Of a DNA stretch of 64,000 nt, positions 12,801 through 24,594 are shown in pieces. Where the stretch lies: the NCBI GenBank assembly GCA_963575745.1, contig CAUYUJ010000020.1:1-64000 (forward strand), read 5' to 3'. The notes under the pieces are model-generated. The model was not told the origin of the DNA. It ran no database searches and worked only from the letters and a program-made list of their open reading frames with translations. Within the stretch, counting starts at the first letter, position 1; every line of letters starts with the position of its first letter. This DNA is from Prorocentrum cordatum. Its lineage: Eukaryota. The position numbers and the translations under genes were made by a program.

Positions 12801-13049
12801 GTGAGCTTCCCGCTAGCCCACTGCAGAGGCTTCGCAAGGACATTAGGGACGTCCAGAGATGCAGAAGGCCAGCCAGGGGCGTCCAGGAGGCCCGGAAGGC
12901 TCGGGGGACCCCCTTGCCAGGCGTCCAAGGGGCCCCAAAAGCGCCAGATTCCGGGGGTCCGATTTCCCGGGGGGGGGGGGGGGTCCCACCCCCCCGGATT
13001 GTAAAAATATAGAAAAGGGAATATATATTTATATGTGTGTGTTTATATA

Positions 13050-13176
13050 TGCATACATGCATACATGCATACATGCATATATACATGCACACATACATAC
13101 ATGCATACACACATACATACATGCATGCATGCATGCATACATACATACATACATACATACATATGCATATGCATAT

Positions 13177-13207
<31 letters not shown>

Positions 13208-13273
13208 CATATGCATATACATATACATATACATAGACGTATACATATACATATACGTATACATATACATATG

Positions 13274-13334
<61 letters not shown>

Positions 13335-13840
13335 GTATAGATATACATATACACATACATATACATATAGATACACATATACATATACATATACGTATAC
13401 ATATACATATGCATAGACCTATACATATACATATACATATACATAGACATATGCATATACATATACATATACATCTACATATGCATATACATATCCATAA
13501 TCATATACATATACGTATACAAACAACAATACAAACACAACTACGTATACATATACATATACACGTACATATACATATACATATGCCTATACATTTACAT
13601 ATACAAATACATATACATATACATATATCTACACATATACATATACAAATACAAATACCAATACATATACATGTACACATACATATGCATATACACATGC
13701 ATAAACATATACATATAATATGCATGTACATATATATATACATATACAAATACATATACATATACAAATACATATACATATACATGTACATATACATATA
13801 CATATAAATATATATGTATATATACATACATACATGCAAA
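13050..13840. repeat. Compound (ATAC)n/(ATATAC)n/(ATATGC)n microsatellite
   Basis: Directly visible. Confidence 0.95.
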
Positions 13841-14384
13841 TATATGGTCCGAGGGAGAGAGACAAAGAGGGGGAAACAAAAAGAGAGGGAGTTGTGACAA
13901 CGGTTGTAGGATAAATGTGTACATAACTATATGTGTGCATACATATATATACATGTGTCTGTGTGCGTGTGGACACATGCATGGCCACACCGCTGTTTTT
14001 CAATGAACACACAAAGAACGCCCAGAGATGGAGAAAACATTGACAGCCGACATAAGTACCCGTTCTTACCAGCATCCACTTACGACTGGTACCCCTACCC
14101 TCCCCCCTCCTCCTCCTCTCCTCCTCCTCCTCCTCCTCCTCCTCCTCCTCCTCCTCCTCCTCCTCCTCCTCCTCCTCTTCCGCCCCCTCCTCTCCCTCCT
14201 CCCCCCCTCCTCCTCCTCCCCCTCCACAATTACTCAATATGAATACTACTCTCCCTCTTCCCCTGATGACGTGCTGGGAGTGTTCGCCCCCCCCCCCCGC
14301 GTCCTGTTTTTTTACACACAGGTTTCCCGGGAGTTGGGTTTTCGCTTGCATGTTTTTTCAAAGTGCTGCTCTCGCTGAGGCGCC

Positions 14385-14550
14385 GGCCTCATTTTCGGGC
14401 CCCGCTCGTTCCGAATCGTGTTCCCGCTGCAGCGCTGGCCTCATTTCCGCTCGTTCCGAATCGTGTTCCCGCTGCAGCGCTGGCCTCATTTCCGCGTTTC
14501 CGCTTGTTTCGACTCGTGCTCCCGCTGCAGCGTTGGCGTCATTTCCCGTG
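14385..14550. repeat. 45-bp tandem repeat, 2-3 copies
   Basis: CCGCTCGTTCCGAATCGTGTTCCCGCTGCAGCGCTGGCCTCATTT repeated. Confidence 0.8.
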
Positions 14551-14768
14551 CCATGCCACGGCGTGCAATGCAATGCCAGGTTGACACTACGCTTTGCGGT
14601 GCTCTTCTACGCCATGCCATGCCGTGCTCCACAATGCATCGCGCACCCTTTCGGGATCATTGCCCTGCTCGACATCCGACTGTGCGAGTAGCGAGGGGAT
14701 CTGCGCCATGGTTAGGGATGGGAGGGAGGGGTAGGATGTCAGATATGACGCGAGCGCACCTAGCTTGT

Positions 14769-15181
14769 TCCTCCTCCTCCTCCTCCTCCTCCTCCTCCTC
14801 CTCCTCCTCCTCCTCCTGCCCTGCTCCTGCTCCTTTCCTGTTCCTGCTCCTCTCCTGCTCCTTCCTCCTCCTCCTCCTCCTCCTCCTCCTCCCTCCTCCT
14901 CCTCCTCCTCCTCCTCCTCCTCCTCCTCCTCCTCCTCCTCCTCCTCCTCCTCCTCCTCCTCCTCCTCCTCCTCCTCCTCCTCCTCCTCCTCCTCCTCCTC
15001 CCCTCCTCCTCCTCCTCCTCCTCCTCCCCTCCTCCTCCTCCTCCTCCTCCTCCTCCCCTCCTCCTCCTCCCCTCCTCCTCCTCCTCCCCCTCCTCCTCCT
15101 CCTCCTCCTCCTCCCCTCCTCCTCCTCCTCCTCCTCCTCCTCCTCCTCCTCCTCCTCCTCCTCCTCCTCCTCCTCCTCCTC
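14769..15181. repeat. (CCT)n microsatellite
   Basis: Directly visible. Confidence 0.95.
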
Positions 15182-15289
15182 ATGCGACCCGCAAGGCGAG
15201 GTCTGTCGACTGCGCGCGCCCCCCCCATGAGCACCCCCGCGGCCCTCAGGAACCCGCAGCCGAACGCGCCCGCCGCCCTGCGCCCCAGC

Positions 15290-17950
15290 GCCGATGCCAG
15301 CTCAGCCGGCGAGCTCGGCAGCCAGGGCCGCGCGCGCGCCCCGCCTGGCTGCTTCCGCGCCCGGCGCGGCGCGCAGCTGGCGCGCCGAGGCGGGCTGCAG
15401 CGCGACCGCCAGTTCGGCGCCCCAGCGCAGCGCCCGGGCGCACGCCGCGGCCGCGGCCGCGGCGGCGTCGCCCCCGGCCAGCAGCTGCGCCCGGTCGCGC
15501 GCCAAGCGGCGCAAGTGCCGCAGGGCCGCCGGGCCGCGGCGGCCGCCAATCTCCAGGGCCACCGGCACCACCCGCCAGGGCGCGCGCCCGGCGGGGCACC
15601 GCTGGCGCTTGTCCGCCTCAGCGGCCCGGGCGACGGCGCCGCCCCGCGCGGCGGCGGCTCGCAGCCCCTTCTCGTCGCCCGGCACCCCGCAGCGCACCGC
15701 GACGAGGATCGCCTCCTCGCGCTGCGCCGCCAAGCTGGCAGCGCCGCAGTGGGCGCAAGCCGCCCCGGCCGCCAGGCGCGCCGCCACCGCGCCGCCCGCG
15801 TCGCAGCCATGCAGCGCCAGCGCCAGCGGTCCCAAGCCGGCACCGGCGTCTGCCGCGCAACGCGGTAGCCGCAGCCGGCGTGGACCCGCTCCAACGCGGC
15901 CCCCAAGTCGCTGCCGCGCGCTTCGAGCCCGCCCCCGCGCGAGCAGCGCAAGGCGAGGCGGGCTTTCGCGCCGAGGGGGTCGCTGCAGGGCCGGCCAGCG
16001 AGCTGCCCAGCAGCGCAGGCGCAGTTGCGGCAGGTCGCCTCCGCGGGGGCGGCGCCCTGGTCCAGCAAGCAGCGCGCCGTGGAGCAGAAGTCGGAGCCCT
16101 CCAAGCGCTGCCCAAGCGCGCCGGGCGAGGCGGTCTGCCAGTCCAGGCTGCCGCGCGCGGGCCGCCGCAAGAGCGGAACAGCGCCCGGCCCCCGCCAGAG
16201 CCCAGGGAGCCCAGCAAGGAAGCGTAGTTCCCCTGGTCCATTCCGACAGCGGGCGTCCGCCAGAGCTTCTTGCGAGGCCCAGTGGCGAGCTCGGCCCAAG
16301 CGGGCAGCCCGCCGGGGCCGCCCCTGCCCCAGCGGCGCGGCGGCGGCGGCAGCGCAGCGAGCTCCGCGAGGCTGCTTCGGAAGGAGGCGGCGAGGGGCAG
16401 TGTGCTCGCGCCCAGGTGGCCCAGAGGCCGGCCCCGCCCGCCCCCGCAGGGGGCCCAAATTTTGCGCCCAGGAGGCCGCCCAAGCTGCCGGGGCCAGCTC
16501 CTCCTGGCAGCGGAGGCCGCGGCCGCCCAGTCGCAGCGGGGCCTGCAGCACAGCTGCTCCAGAGCGCGAGCGGGTCAAGGCGCGCGAGCTCCTCGTAGGC
16601 GGCCAGGAGGGCGGCGTCGTAGGTCGCCGCCGCCGGCCGCGCCTGCCCTGGGGGAGTCGCGCACAACGCGCGCGTCAGCTTGCCGGTCCCGCAGCGCCGC
16701 GGGAGCAAGGCCGCCGTCTGCGCCGCGGGCAGGCGCGGGGAGGCCAGCGAGGGCAGCTCGGCCACCTTCGAGAGCAGCCCGGCGGCCCGCGTCGCGGCGT
16801 CCTCGGCGCCCTCCGTCGCGTAGTCGGCCGCGCCCAGGTCTGCCCGGCGCACCTCGGCCAGGCGCGGGAGCTCCCGCGGCTGCGGCTGCTCGGAGAGCGG
16901 TGCTCCGGCCAGCGTCAGGCCTCGTCGCGCTTGCCAGTGCGCCTCCAGGCCAGACGGGCACGCGGCCCGGGGTGGCCACGTTTGCAACTCCAGCCCCAGC
17001 GGGGCGAGCGCCGCCTGCGCCGCCAGCAGCACCTCCGGGGCCGGTGGCCCGCGCGCCTCTGCCCGCCGGCGCAGCTCTTCCTCCGGCGCGCGCAAGTACG
17101 CGGGGGCGCAGGCCGCAGGCGAAGAGGACGGGCGCGAGCGGGTCGCCCTGGTCAACGCCGCCAGCGGCGCGCAGGCGGTGGCAGGCCCCCTTGCTGCCCC
17201 GGAAGAAATACTGCGAGCGGCGCCGGCAGAACAGCTCTGCGAAGGGGAGAACAGAGGGATCCACCTCCTCCAGCTCCCGGAGGCAGGCGGCCCGGCCCGC
17301 GGCGCAGGAAGCGTCTTTTGCGCCCAGGGCGGTAGCCACAAGGCGTGGCGAGGAGTTCTGTCCTGGCGGCTGTGCCGATTGCAAACTGCTGCCTGCCGAG
17401 CGCGTCTCGCAGGTGGCCTCGCCGCGCGGTCGCCAGCGCGCAGCCCACCAGGCGCCGCAAGATGTTCGGCGACGCGATGGGCCGAACGCCGCTCTCGCCC
17501 TTCCGGAGCGGCGTGAGTTTCGAAGTGGCAAGAGTGGCGGCGGCGCTCTCGGGGACTCGCCCCTCTAGGCGGTCGCAGACGCCGCGGAAGGCTGCCAACG
17601 GCCCGGGGTCGGAGAGCACAAAGTTGGGATGGCCTGGAGGACCTTCTTCAGCCGCCCGTTGGAGAGGGGCGCGTCGTCGAGCTGCCAGGCCGGCGGCGGC
17701 GCCAAGGCGGGGGCGCCCCGCAGCTGCGGGAAGCCCCGGCGCTGCCGCCCTGTCTCCGGCGTCAGCGGCGCCAGCCCCGGGCTGCTCGGGAGCGCGGCTG
17801 CTCGGGAGCGTTCCTCGGCTAGCGCCTTCCGCAGCAGCTCGTTGGCCAAGGCGCTCGCGCCCTGGCCCAGGCAGCGCCCCTCGCGTCGCGGGCCTTCGCC
17901 AGCGCCCGGCCCGTCCGGCGAGCCTCCGCCAGGAGCTCCCCCCAGTCAGT
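15290..17950 (-). mobile_element. Decayed CRE-like non-LTR retrotransposon fragment (RT plus C-terminal zinc finger and restriction-like endonuclease region)
   Basis: Motifs across shifted frames: LTPLRKGESGVRPIASPNILRRLVG, QQFAIG, GVDQGDPLAPVLFA, LPLGQG, CRNC...LRCSRGGG, EADKRQR...VVPVALEIGGR. The YLDD segment is not visible. Confidence 0.75.
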
Positions 17951-18119
17951 GTCTAACCGTGCTATTCGGCACCTAGCCCACGAGCATTCGGCACCTAGGA
18001 TACTACTAGTACTGGTCCCGAAGTGGGGCGACTGAACATAAGCGTCGCCTCCCGTGTTTTCTCTCTTCCCCCTCCTTCCCTCCCCCCAACCCCCTTCCCT
18101 GGACTTGGAGGGGGGGGGG

Positions 18120-18850
18120 GGGGGGCGAGGCGCCGCGGCGCCAAAATGGCCCAGGATGGCTCCAAGAGGCGCTCGAAGTCGTAAGATGGCCTGCAAGATG
18201 GCCCAAGGCACTCCAAGATGGGTCAAGATAGCTTCCGACATACTTCCAAGAGGCCCCAAGACAGCCCCCGACGGATCCAAGTGCCCTTCGAGCCCAGCAC
18301 GGCGCCCTCCAACATGCCAAGACCCTTCAAATGCCAAAGGGAAATCAATGTTTGTGGCATTCTCGCCTTTTCGCTTCCGATGGGCCTCCGGGACCTCAAG
18401 ACGGCCCCAAGATGGCCCAAGAGAGCCCCAAGCGGGGCCCAAGAAGGCCTAAGACGGCCCCAAGATCGCCCAAGAGGCGCCCAAGAGCGGCCCAAGAGAG
18501 CCCCAAGACGCCATTCTTGAAACTCCAGGGGGGGGGCCCAATTGAGGGACCTCCATGTTTTGAGCGATGGGGCCCAAGATGGCCCCGAGAGGCCCCCCCG
18601 CCTCTCCCAAGACCCCCCACCCCGCCCTATTTGGCACAAGATGGCTCCAAGAGGGCCCCAGATAACCCAAGATGGCCTTCAAAATGGCCTAAGATAGCCA
18701 AGCATGGTTCAAGATAGCCTCCGACAGCCCTCCAAGAGGCCTCAAGGCACCCTCAAGATGGCCCTAGATAGCCGAGCATGGCTCAATATAGCCTCCGACA
18801 GCCTCTGACGAGCATGGCTCAAGATAGCCTCCAAGAAGCCTCAAGGAAAC
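18120..18850 (+). repeat. CCAAGA-rich dispersed repeat
   Basis: Repeated CCAAGATGGCC and CAAGATAGCC motifs. Confidence 0.75.
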
Positions 18851-21374
18851 TGGCAATCAATTATGGATGGGCTGGTGTGGATACTTTTTTGGTCGCGGCC
18901 GCGCGGCAGAGGGCAGGCGGCAAAAGGGGGTCCGGGGCACGGGCCAACCTAAATTAGCTACTAAGCGAACAGCAAGCCGGCCGGGCCAGCACTCAGAAAC
19001 TGCGGCTGAGGCAGCAGCAGCTGGCGACGCTTGAGGGCTGGTCTGCAACGCCCAGGGAAGCTGATGCACCTGCAGACCTGAGGCAGTGATGCCAGAGGTG
19101 GAATTAGGGATGTACGCCAGAAACGCCTGTCCAGCACTGTGCACGTGGCCCTGCCGCGGACTGAAGGGGCGCTGTCACTGCTGGTACCAGGAATGGTGCG
19201 CAACCAGGGACGGGGCGGGGCGAACGCAAATAAGCACAGGCACTGTGGTCAGGAGTGACCAGGTACAGACTGACCATGTCGCCGCAGGGCGCCAAGGGCC
19301 AGGGCCGCGGCAGCGGCACAGAATATGCAAGGTGGTCGGGGACGGCTGCAGGGGAAGCACGGTGTCTGCCGGAAGGCTGAATCACTCCAAGACACAACTG
19401 AGTACCCTGGGAACGTCGCCAGTCCCGAGCAACAAGGCTAAAGGCCAAGCCCCAGAGGGTGACTGCACCAGGGAGCCCGGCCCAGGGACACGACGCAGTC
19501 GCCGCTGGAGAACCGCGCGTTGCGCGGAGGGACACCAGACTGGCGGGAATGAACATCGCCAGTGCAGCGGGAGGTGGACACCAGGGGAAACCAGCGCCAG
19601 GGGGGGGCAGCCCACACAACGATGCGGGGCCGCGGGGCCACGTGGCAGCTAGCCGCCCTGGCCAAGTAGGACCCTCGCTGGCTGGGGCGGCGGGTACAGA
19701 CATCACCAGCTGGCCAGGTAGAGGGGGGCCCACCGGGGACACCCGGTGCCAGTGGACGGCCGGCGTGAACGCGCGCGAGCGCGGCCGGGGGCGGCCCCGC
19801 CCCTGTAAGAGGGGAGCGAGAGAGAGAGAGAGGCAGAGGACCAGGGAGCGGCTGACGGCCGCACGGATTCGCATGTGAGTGACACGTCCGGTGGGACGTT
19901 ATGGGAACGCACATGCCCGAAGCGGGTGGCCTGGACCGCGAACAGATTCTCAGAACATCAGACGAGTCGACTGCCGTGTTCTCCTCAGGCGTTCCCACTG
20001 TCCTGCGGGTCCACGCGATGGAAGTTTGTCATCAGCACTGGCACCGCCTCTGATGGCGCTGGCCTCGGGAGTTGCCACTTCCCGTCGCAGTGCTGTGGCC
20101 ACAGCTGGCCCCCCCAGCATTCATCCTGACTGAAGTGTGCCCACCTAGACCTCACGGCGCGCACTGACTGGGAGTGGCCAGGGAACCGTCCAGATGGCAC
20201 GCCACGCGGGCTGGCCAGCCAGCTAGTGGCTCTTGACTGCTCTTGCCCGCGTTACCAAGGGCGCAGCTGACGGCTGCCAGGAATATCTAACAAGGGCCAG
20301 GGAGCAGCTGACGGCTGCCAAAGGAGGGCACTGGGGCGCGCCTTGCTCGCCGAAGGTAAACGCCGGAGAGGCGGCTGCTGTGTATGGGGGCCAAGGAGCG
20401 GCAGGCAACAGCCAGGGTAACGGGGACGTCAGAGAGGCGACCAATGCTCCCGGCTGATGGCCGCATCCTGGAACCGAGTGCATCGTGGCCTTGGCCGTTC
20501 GCCTGCACTGCCTTGCCGGGGCGCTGCCCCACTTGTCGGCTTGTGACTGTCCGCTTCCGAGGCTGCGGCCATCAGGCGGGCGATCCAGCGTTCAGAATCC
20601 ACCCAGGAGGCACCCCGGCACAGGACGGGGATTCCACTGGCGCTGGGGGATGGGTCCTCGGCGCCCCCCCCCCGTGGCGGACGCACATGGGTCGGCGGCG
20701 GCCAGGCGCCAGTCCTCGCGGGTAGCCGTACTTTGCATGAGTAGCTCCATGGCGGGATAGGGGCTGCATTCCGCCAATGGGTTTCCACGGTGGGCTCCGG
20801 GTCCGAGCCACGTTCGTCGGGCACGTCCATGAAGTGCGTGAGAGAGGAAGAGAGGGGGAAGCCAGGGGGCGGCTGACGGCCGCACAGCTTTGTGTGAATC
20901 CCCAGAGAGCCAGGAAGGAGCCACGAGACCAGAGGCTCATGGGAGGTAAAACACGTCGAGCGCCGGGGAGTAGGAACAGCCGGGGCGCCCGAAAGTTGTT
21001 GCGCGTTGGACAGCGGCATCCGCGTGCCGTCCACTCGCATCTAACCAGCCGAAGCTGTCTAGCTATGCTGCGCCTTGGGAGGGTGGGGCGGCCGCCTGCC
21101 CCAGCGATAGGCAGCCCCAAGGTATTATGGCCATCAGGCCAGGCGCAGCGAGGTGAGACAGGCCCTGTGGCGGGCCAGCGCTCGCTGAACATGGGAGCAG
21201 CTGCGCCGCGAGTCGTTCAGCGCGCAGCGGGGTGGGTGGGGTGGGCGAGTGCCCGTCGCTCGTGTCGATGGCGGCGGGGGGGCCTTGGTGGCTGCTGTTC
21301 TGGTTGTGAATCGTTGTAGCAGCTAGCTTGCCAGTGGGCGAGGGACTGAGCCCGTCCGAGGCTGCGGCGTCGCC

Positions 21375-22169
21375 TCATGCCCACCAGCGACCCCTCTTGT
21401 CGGGGTCGCGGTGGTCGTCTCGCTGGGGGGAGCGCTTGCCTCCACCTTTCCATTCGGATTCGTTCCACGTGGGGTCACCTTCACCCCATTTTGACCAACC
21501 CTGCCAGCCATGCCATTGCTCGGTGCGACCCGCAGGACTGTTCTCTGTCCAGGAGGCCCGGGCATCTCGGCGCCCATCCCTGAGGGCCTCTGCTGACCAG
21601 GGAATCTGCGCGCCCCTACTACCCGTTGCCCAGGGAGCCTGTGATACTCCACCATGCCGCCCAGCGCCCTCCATGTGTTTGCGGCGGATGGAGCCCCAAT
21701 CTACCTCGCGCTTGTGCTCCTGATCCATCTTGCACGCATCGAAGCCAGCCCTCCTCCAGGCACCCATGAAGCTCATGCAGGTTTCAGGTGCGTTGAGTCG
21801 GGGGGTGCTTTTGTAGCCCCCTTTTACATCATTACCTTGTGCCGCGCGCCTGGACCACGCGTGCCAAACACCGTTGAAGACGCCCCCGACCGTTTTCTGC
21901 AGACGCGCAATCTTGACCTGGATTTCCTCGGTCTTGTTCAGTTCTGCTTCCGCCAGGGAGCATTTGTACATGGGGCCGCTGGACATTGGGTCTTTAAGGT
22001 TGCTGAACGCCCAGTGGTCGGAGCTGCTACCTTTCTTGGGCTCGAGCCGCACTGGGTTGCACCTGGGCGACTTCGCTGCTCGCAGCCCTTTCCCCCCACG
22101 ACATCTTCCGCGTCTAGGCGGGCGTGCCCTTGCTTCCAGGGTGGTAGGTTGGACCCGCTGGCGCCCCTT

Positions 22170-22226
<57 letters not shown>

Positions 22227-24594
22227 AGTCCATGACGGTGCGCTGTCCCACGGGCCATCGTCAGAGGCCTTCTGGGGGCTTGGTTTGCCTTGCTCGCCGC
22301 TCCAGCTGGCTGCTTCTTGGGCGACGGCTTGCGCGTAGGGCGCCCATGGGGCTTGGGTGGCGGAACTTGGTTCACCAGGTGCGCTGCACCATGAGCGAAG
22401 GGGATCTGGCTCCGAGCTCCTGCTGGGGCCCCTCTCGTTAGCCACCACGGTTTGGGCCTCCGTGTCTGGGTTCCAGTCAGGGGTCGGGCTCCTGGGCCCC
22501 TGTCCTTCCGCCTCTACTTTGCAAGGCTGTCCGGCGTTACTCTGGTCGACAGCTGCTTCACGGTTCTGGGATTCATCATTGGCCCTGGGAGCGCCGAACG
22601 CATCGCGGATTGGCTGAGGGACATCGCCGCTGCAGGCTGCGTCCGAAGGCCCTGCCGCCTGAACCTTACGCACGCCCCCGTGACTTGCCTCGCTTTGGGA
22701 GCCTGCGCCTGCGGTCTCTTTGTGCCCATCGAGCCAGTTGGCTGCGGGCGAGTCGCCCTGCCCCATTGCGCTGGTGGCGGTCTGGACTGGGTCTTGTCGT
22801 GCCAGGGAGTTAATGGCGCCGTCGGCCATGGCGGAGGCGTCCATGTCTGCTAGGTAGCCCAGCAGGGTACTGCTGGTGTGGCAGAAAGGGTCGAGGACTC
22901 GCTGCTCTCCCAGGAGCGAGGCGCATGCCCGCCATTCATCCGCGCGCACGACATTTTTCGAAAAGTGGAAGACGACCCGGGCGGCCGCCGCCCTCATGCC
23001 ATCCCAGGGGACGTCGGCTGGGTGGCATTATGCGGGGATCGTTTGTCCGTAGATGCTGACCAGGAAGGGGTTCTGCCTGCAGGGGGGGCCACGACGCTTC
23101 GTCAGTCTTGTCACCAAGAATACCATCTCCATGCTGCTGGACGCAGCCCGTCCACCGCCTGTAGACCTCCGGACTCCAATCCAGCAGAAAACGATGCAGT
23201 GCGCGGTGCATGCCCCGGGAGTCGGGCAGGCTGATACCCCGCCCGGGCAGCTCGACTGTGGAGCGAGTTGGCGTCACGGGACCAGACGGAGGGGGGATAC
23301 TTGGGAGTAGGGCGCTGATATCCCGGAGCCTGGGGCCCTCGCGCTCTTGCTGCACGCTAGAGGAGGAGCCCTCGCCCCCTGCTGCGGGGGGCTCTCCGCT
23401 TGCGCGGTCCGTCGGCCTGGAGTAGGCGTCCGCGGCCGCTGCGTTGGCGGCGCCAGCGTGGCAGTGGACCGTGACGTCGGCACTGTCAACTTCCATGCCA
23501 GCGGGGGTGTCTCGCTTGGCTGGCGCCCTGGGGTAGACGTCAGCTGACTGCTTGTCGAGGATGTGGTCAAGCGTGCCTGGAGCAACGTTCCAGATGTACG
23601 TTAGGCACCATCTGCAGGACCAGCTGGCATTCCACTTCCTCAGGAGCCAGAGTGCTGACATGTGCTCCCAGGGGGGGGTCCCGTATCGCTGCAGATGGGT
23701 ACGTCCGTGTCGGGGCGCCAGAGGAAGCAGCCTAGGGCGGGCTTGTTTGCGCCGCAGACCGACAGGGGGGCCCCTGGCGGGCACGCGTCACACCTGGCCG
23801 TGCAGGTGTTGGTGGAGTGGGCGTCGAGGCCTAGCCTTCCGTCAGCAAGCTTGTGGGCGGGGAGCGTCATGTTGGCCAACCGCGGCCGGTATGCGTTGGG
23901 AGCCGTCATGACAAGGTCGCACAGTGATCGTGGGGTCGGCGCAAGCGGAGGACACCCGAACCCGAGAGGAAGGTGTGCCAGGGTTGGGAGCACCGATGAT
24001 TTCCTGTCTTGCCGCTTGTCCTCCAGGTTGGTCATGTGGCCCAGGATTCGCTGGCCCATGGCCATTTCCGAGCTGCAGCCGGGCGGGGCGAAGGGGGTGG
24101 GGGGGCCTCTCTTCTCTATAAAGACAATCCAACATCGCTCGCAAAGCCATTTGCAGTCCCTGCCCAGCATGTAGGCCTGGGCGCGGCTCCGCGCCAGGAG
24201 CTCCCTTGCGTCGTCATCTTCCCAGGTGCCAGCTGAGTACTTGAGCCCTTTCTTGGCGCAGTCGCTTCCGTCGCAATTGATTAAGCATCCTTTTGAGACC
24301 CGTGCTGGCAAAACGTCCGTCGGTCACCCGCGGCGGGTTCAAGAGTACCCCTGGAGCGGGGGCAGCCGGCCTGTCGTCGTCGAGCCGTCTTCTGGACATT
24401 GCGATTCCTCCCCCGATGTACTGCAGCCCTGCCATGGACTTCGGACACCCGAGGCCCTGCCCCGACCCAGTGAGCTCCTTGTGCAGGGCGCAGATGGAGC
24501 AGTCATATCCACATAGAGTGTTGATTCTGGCCGGCTGGACGAGCGCCTCTAGGACCCTCATAGGCGCCTCCAGTGGGAACCTGCTGTCTTGCAT
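21375..24594 (-). pseudogene. Frameshifted C-terminal continuation of the helicase ORF, with Cys-rich (zinc-finger-like) and low-complexity regions
   Basis: Overlapping minus ORFs 24214..24594 (CGYDCSIC), 23640..24311 (CDGSDC...WLCERCW), 22936..23784 (WSCRWC) and 21375..22997. Confidence 0.5.

Noticed and set aside
11485..15230. Poly-His/Thr, Ile/Cys, Pro and Glu ORFs
   Set aside because: Microsatellite translations.
15294..17568. Long plus-strand Ala/Arg/Pro-rich ORFs
   Set aside because: Antisense shadows of the GC-rich CRE-like element; stop codons are rare at this GC content.
22171..22240. SL-like word GGACTCAAG next to the (GA)n run
   Set aside because: Match too short and gapped to distinguish from chance.
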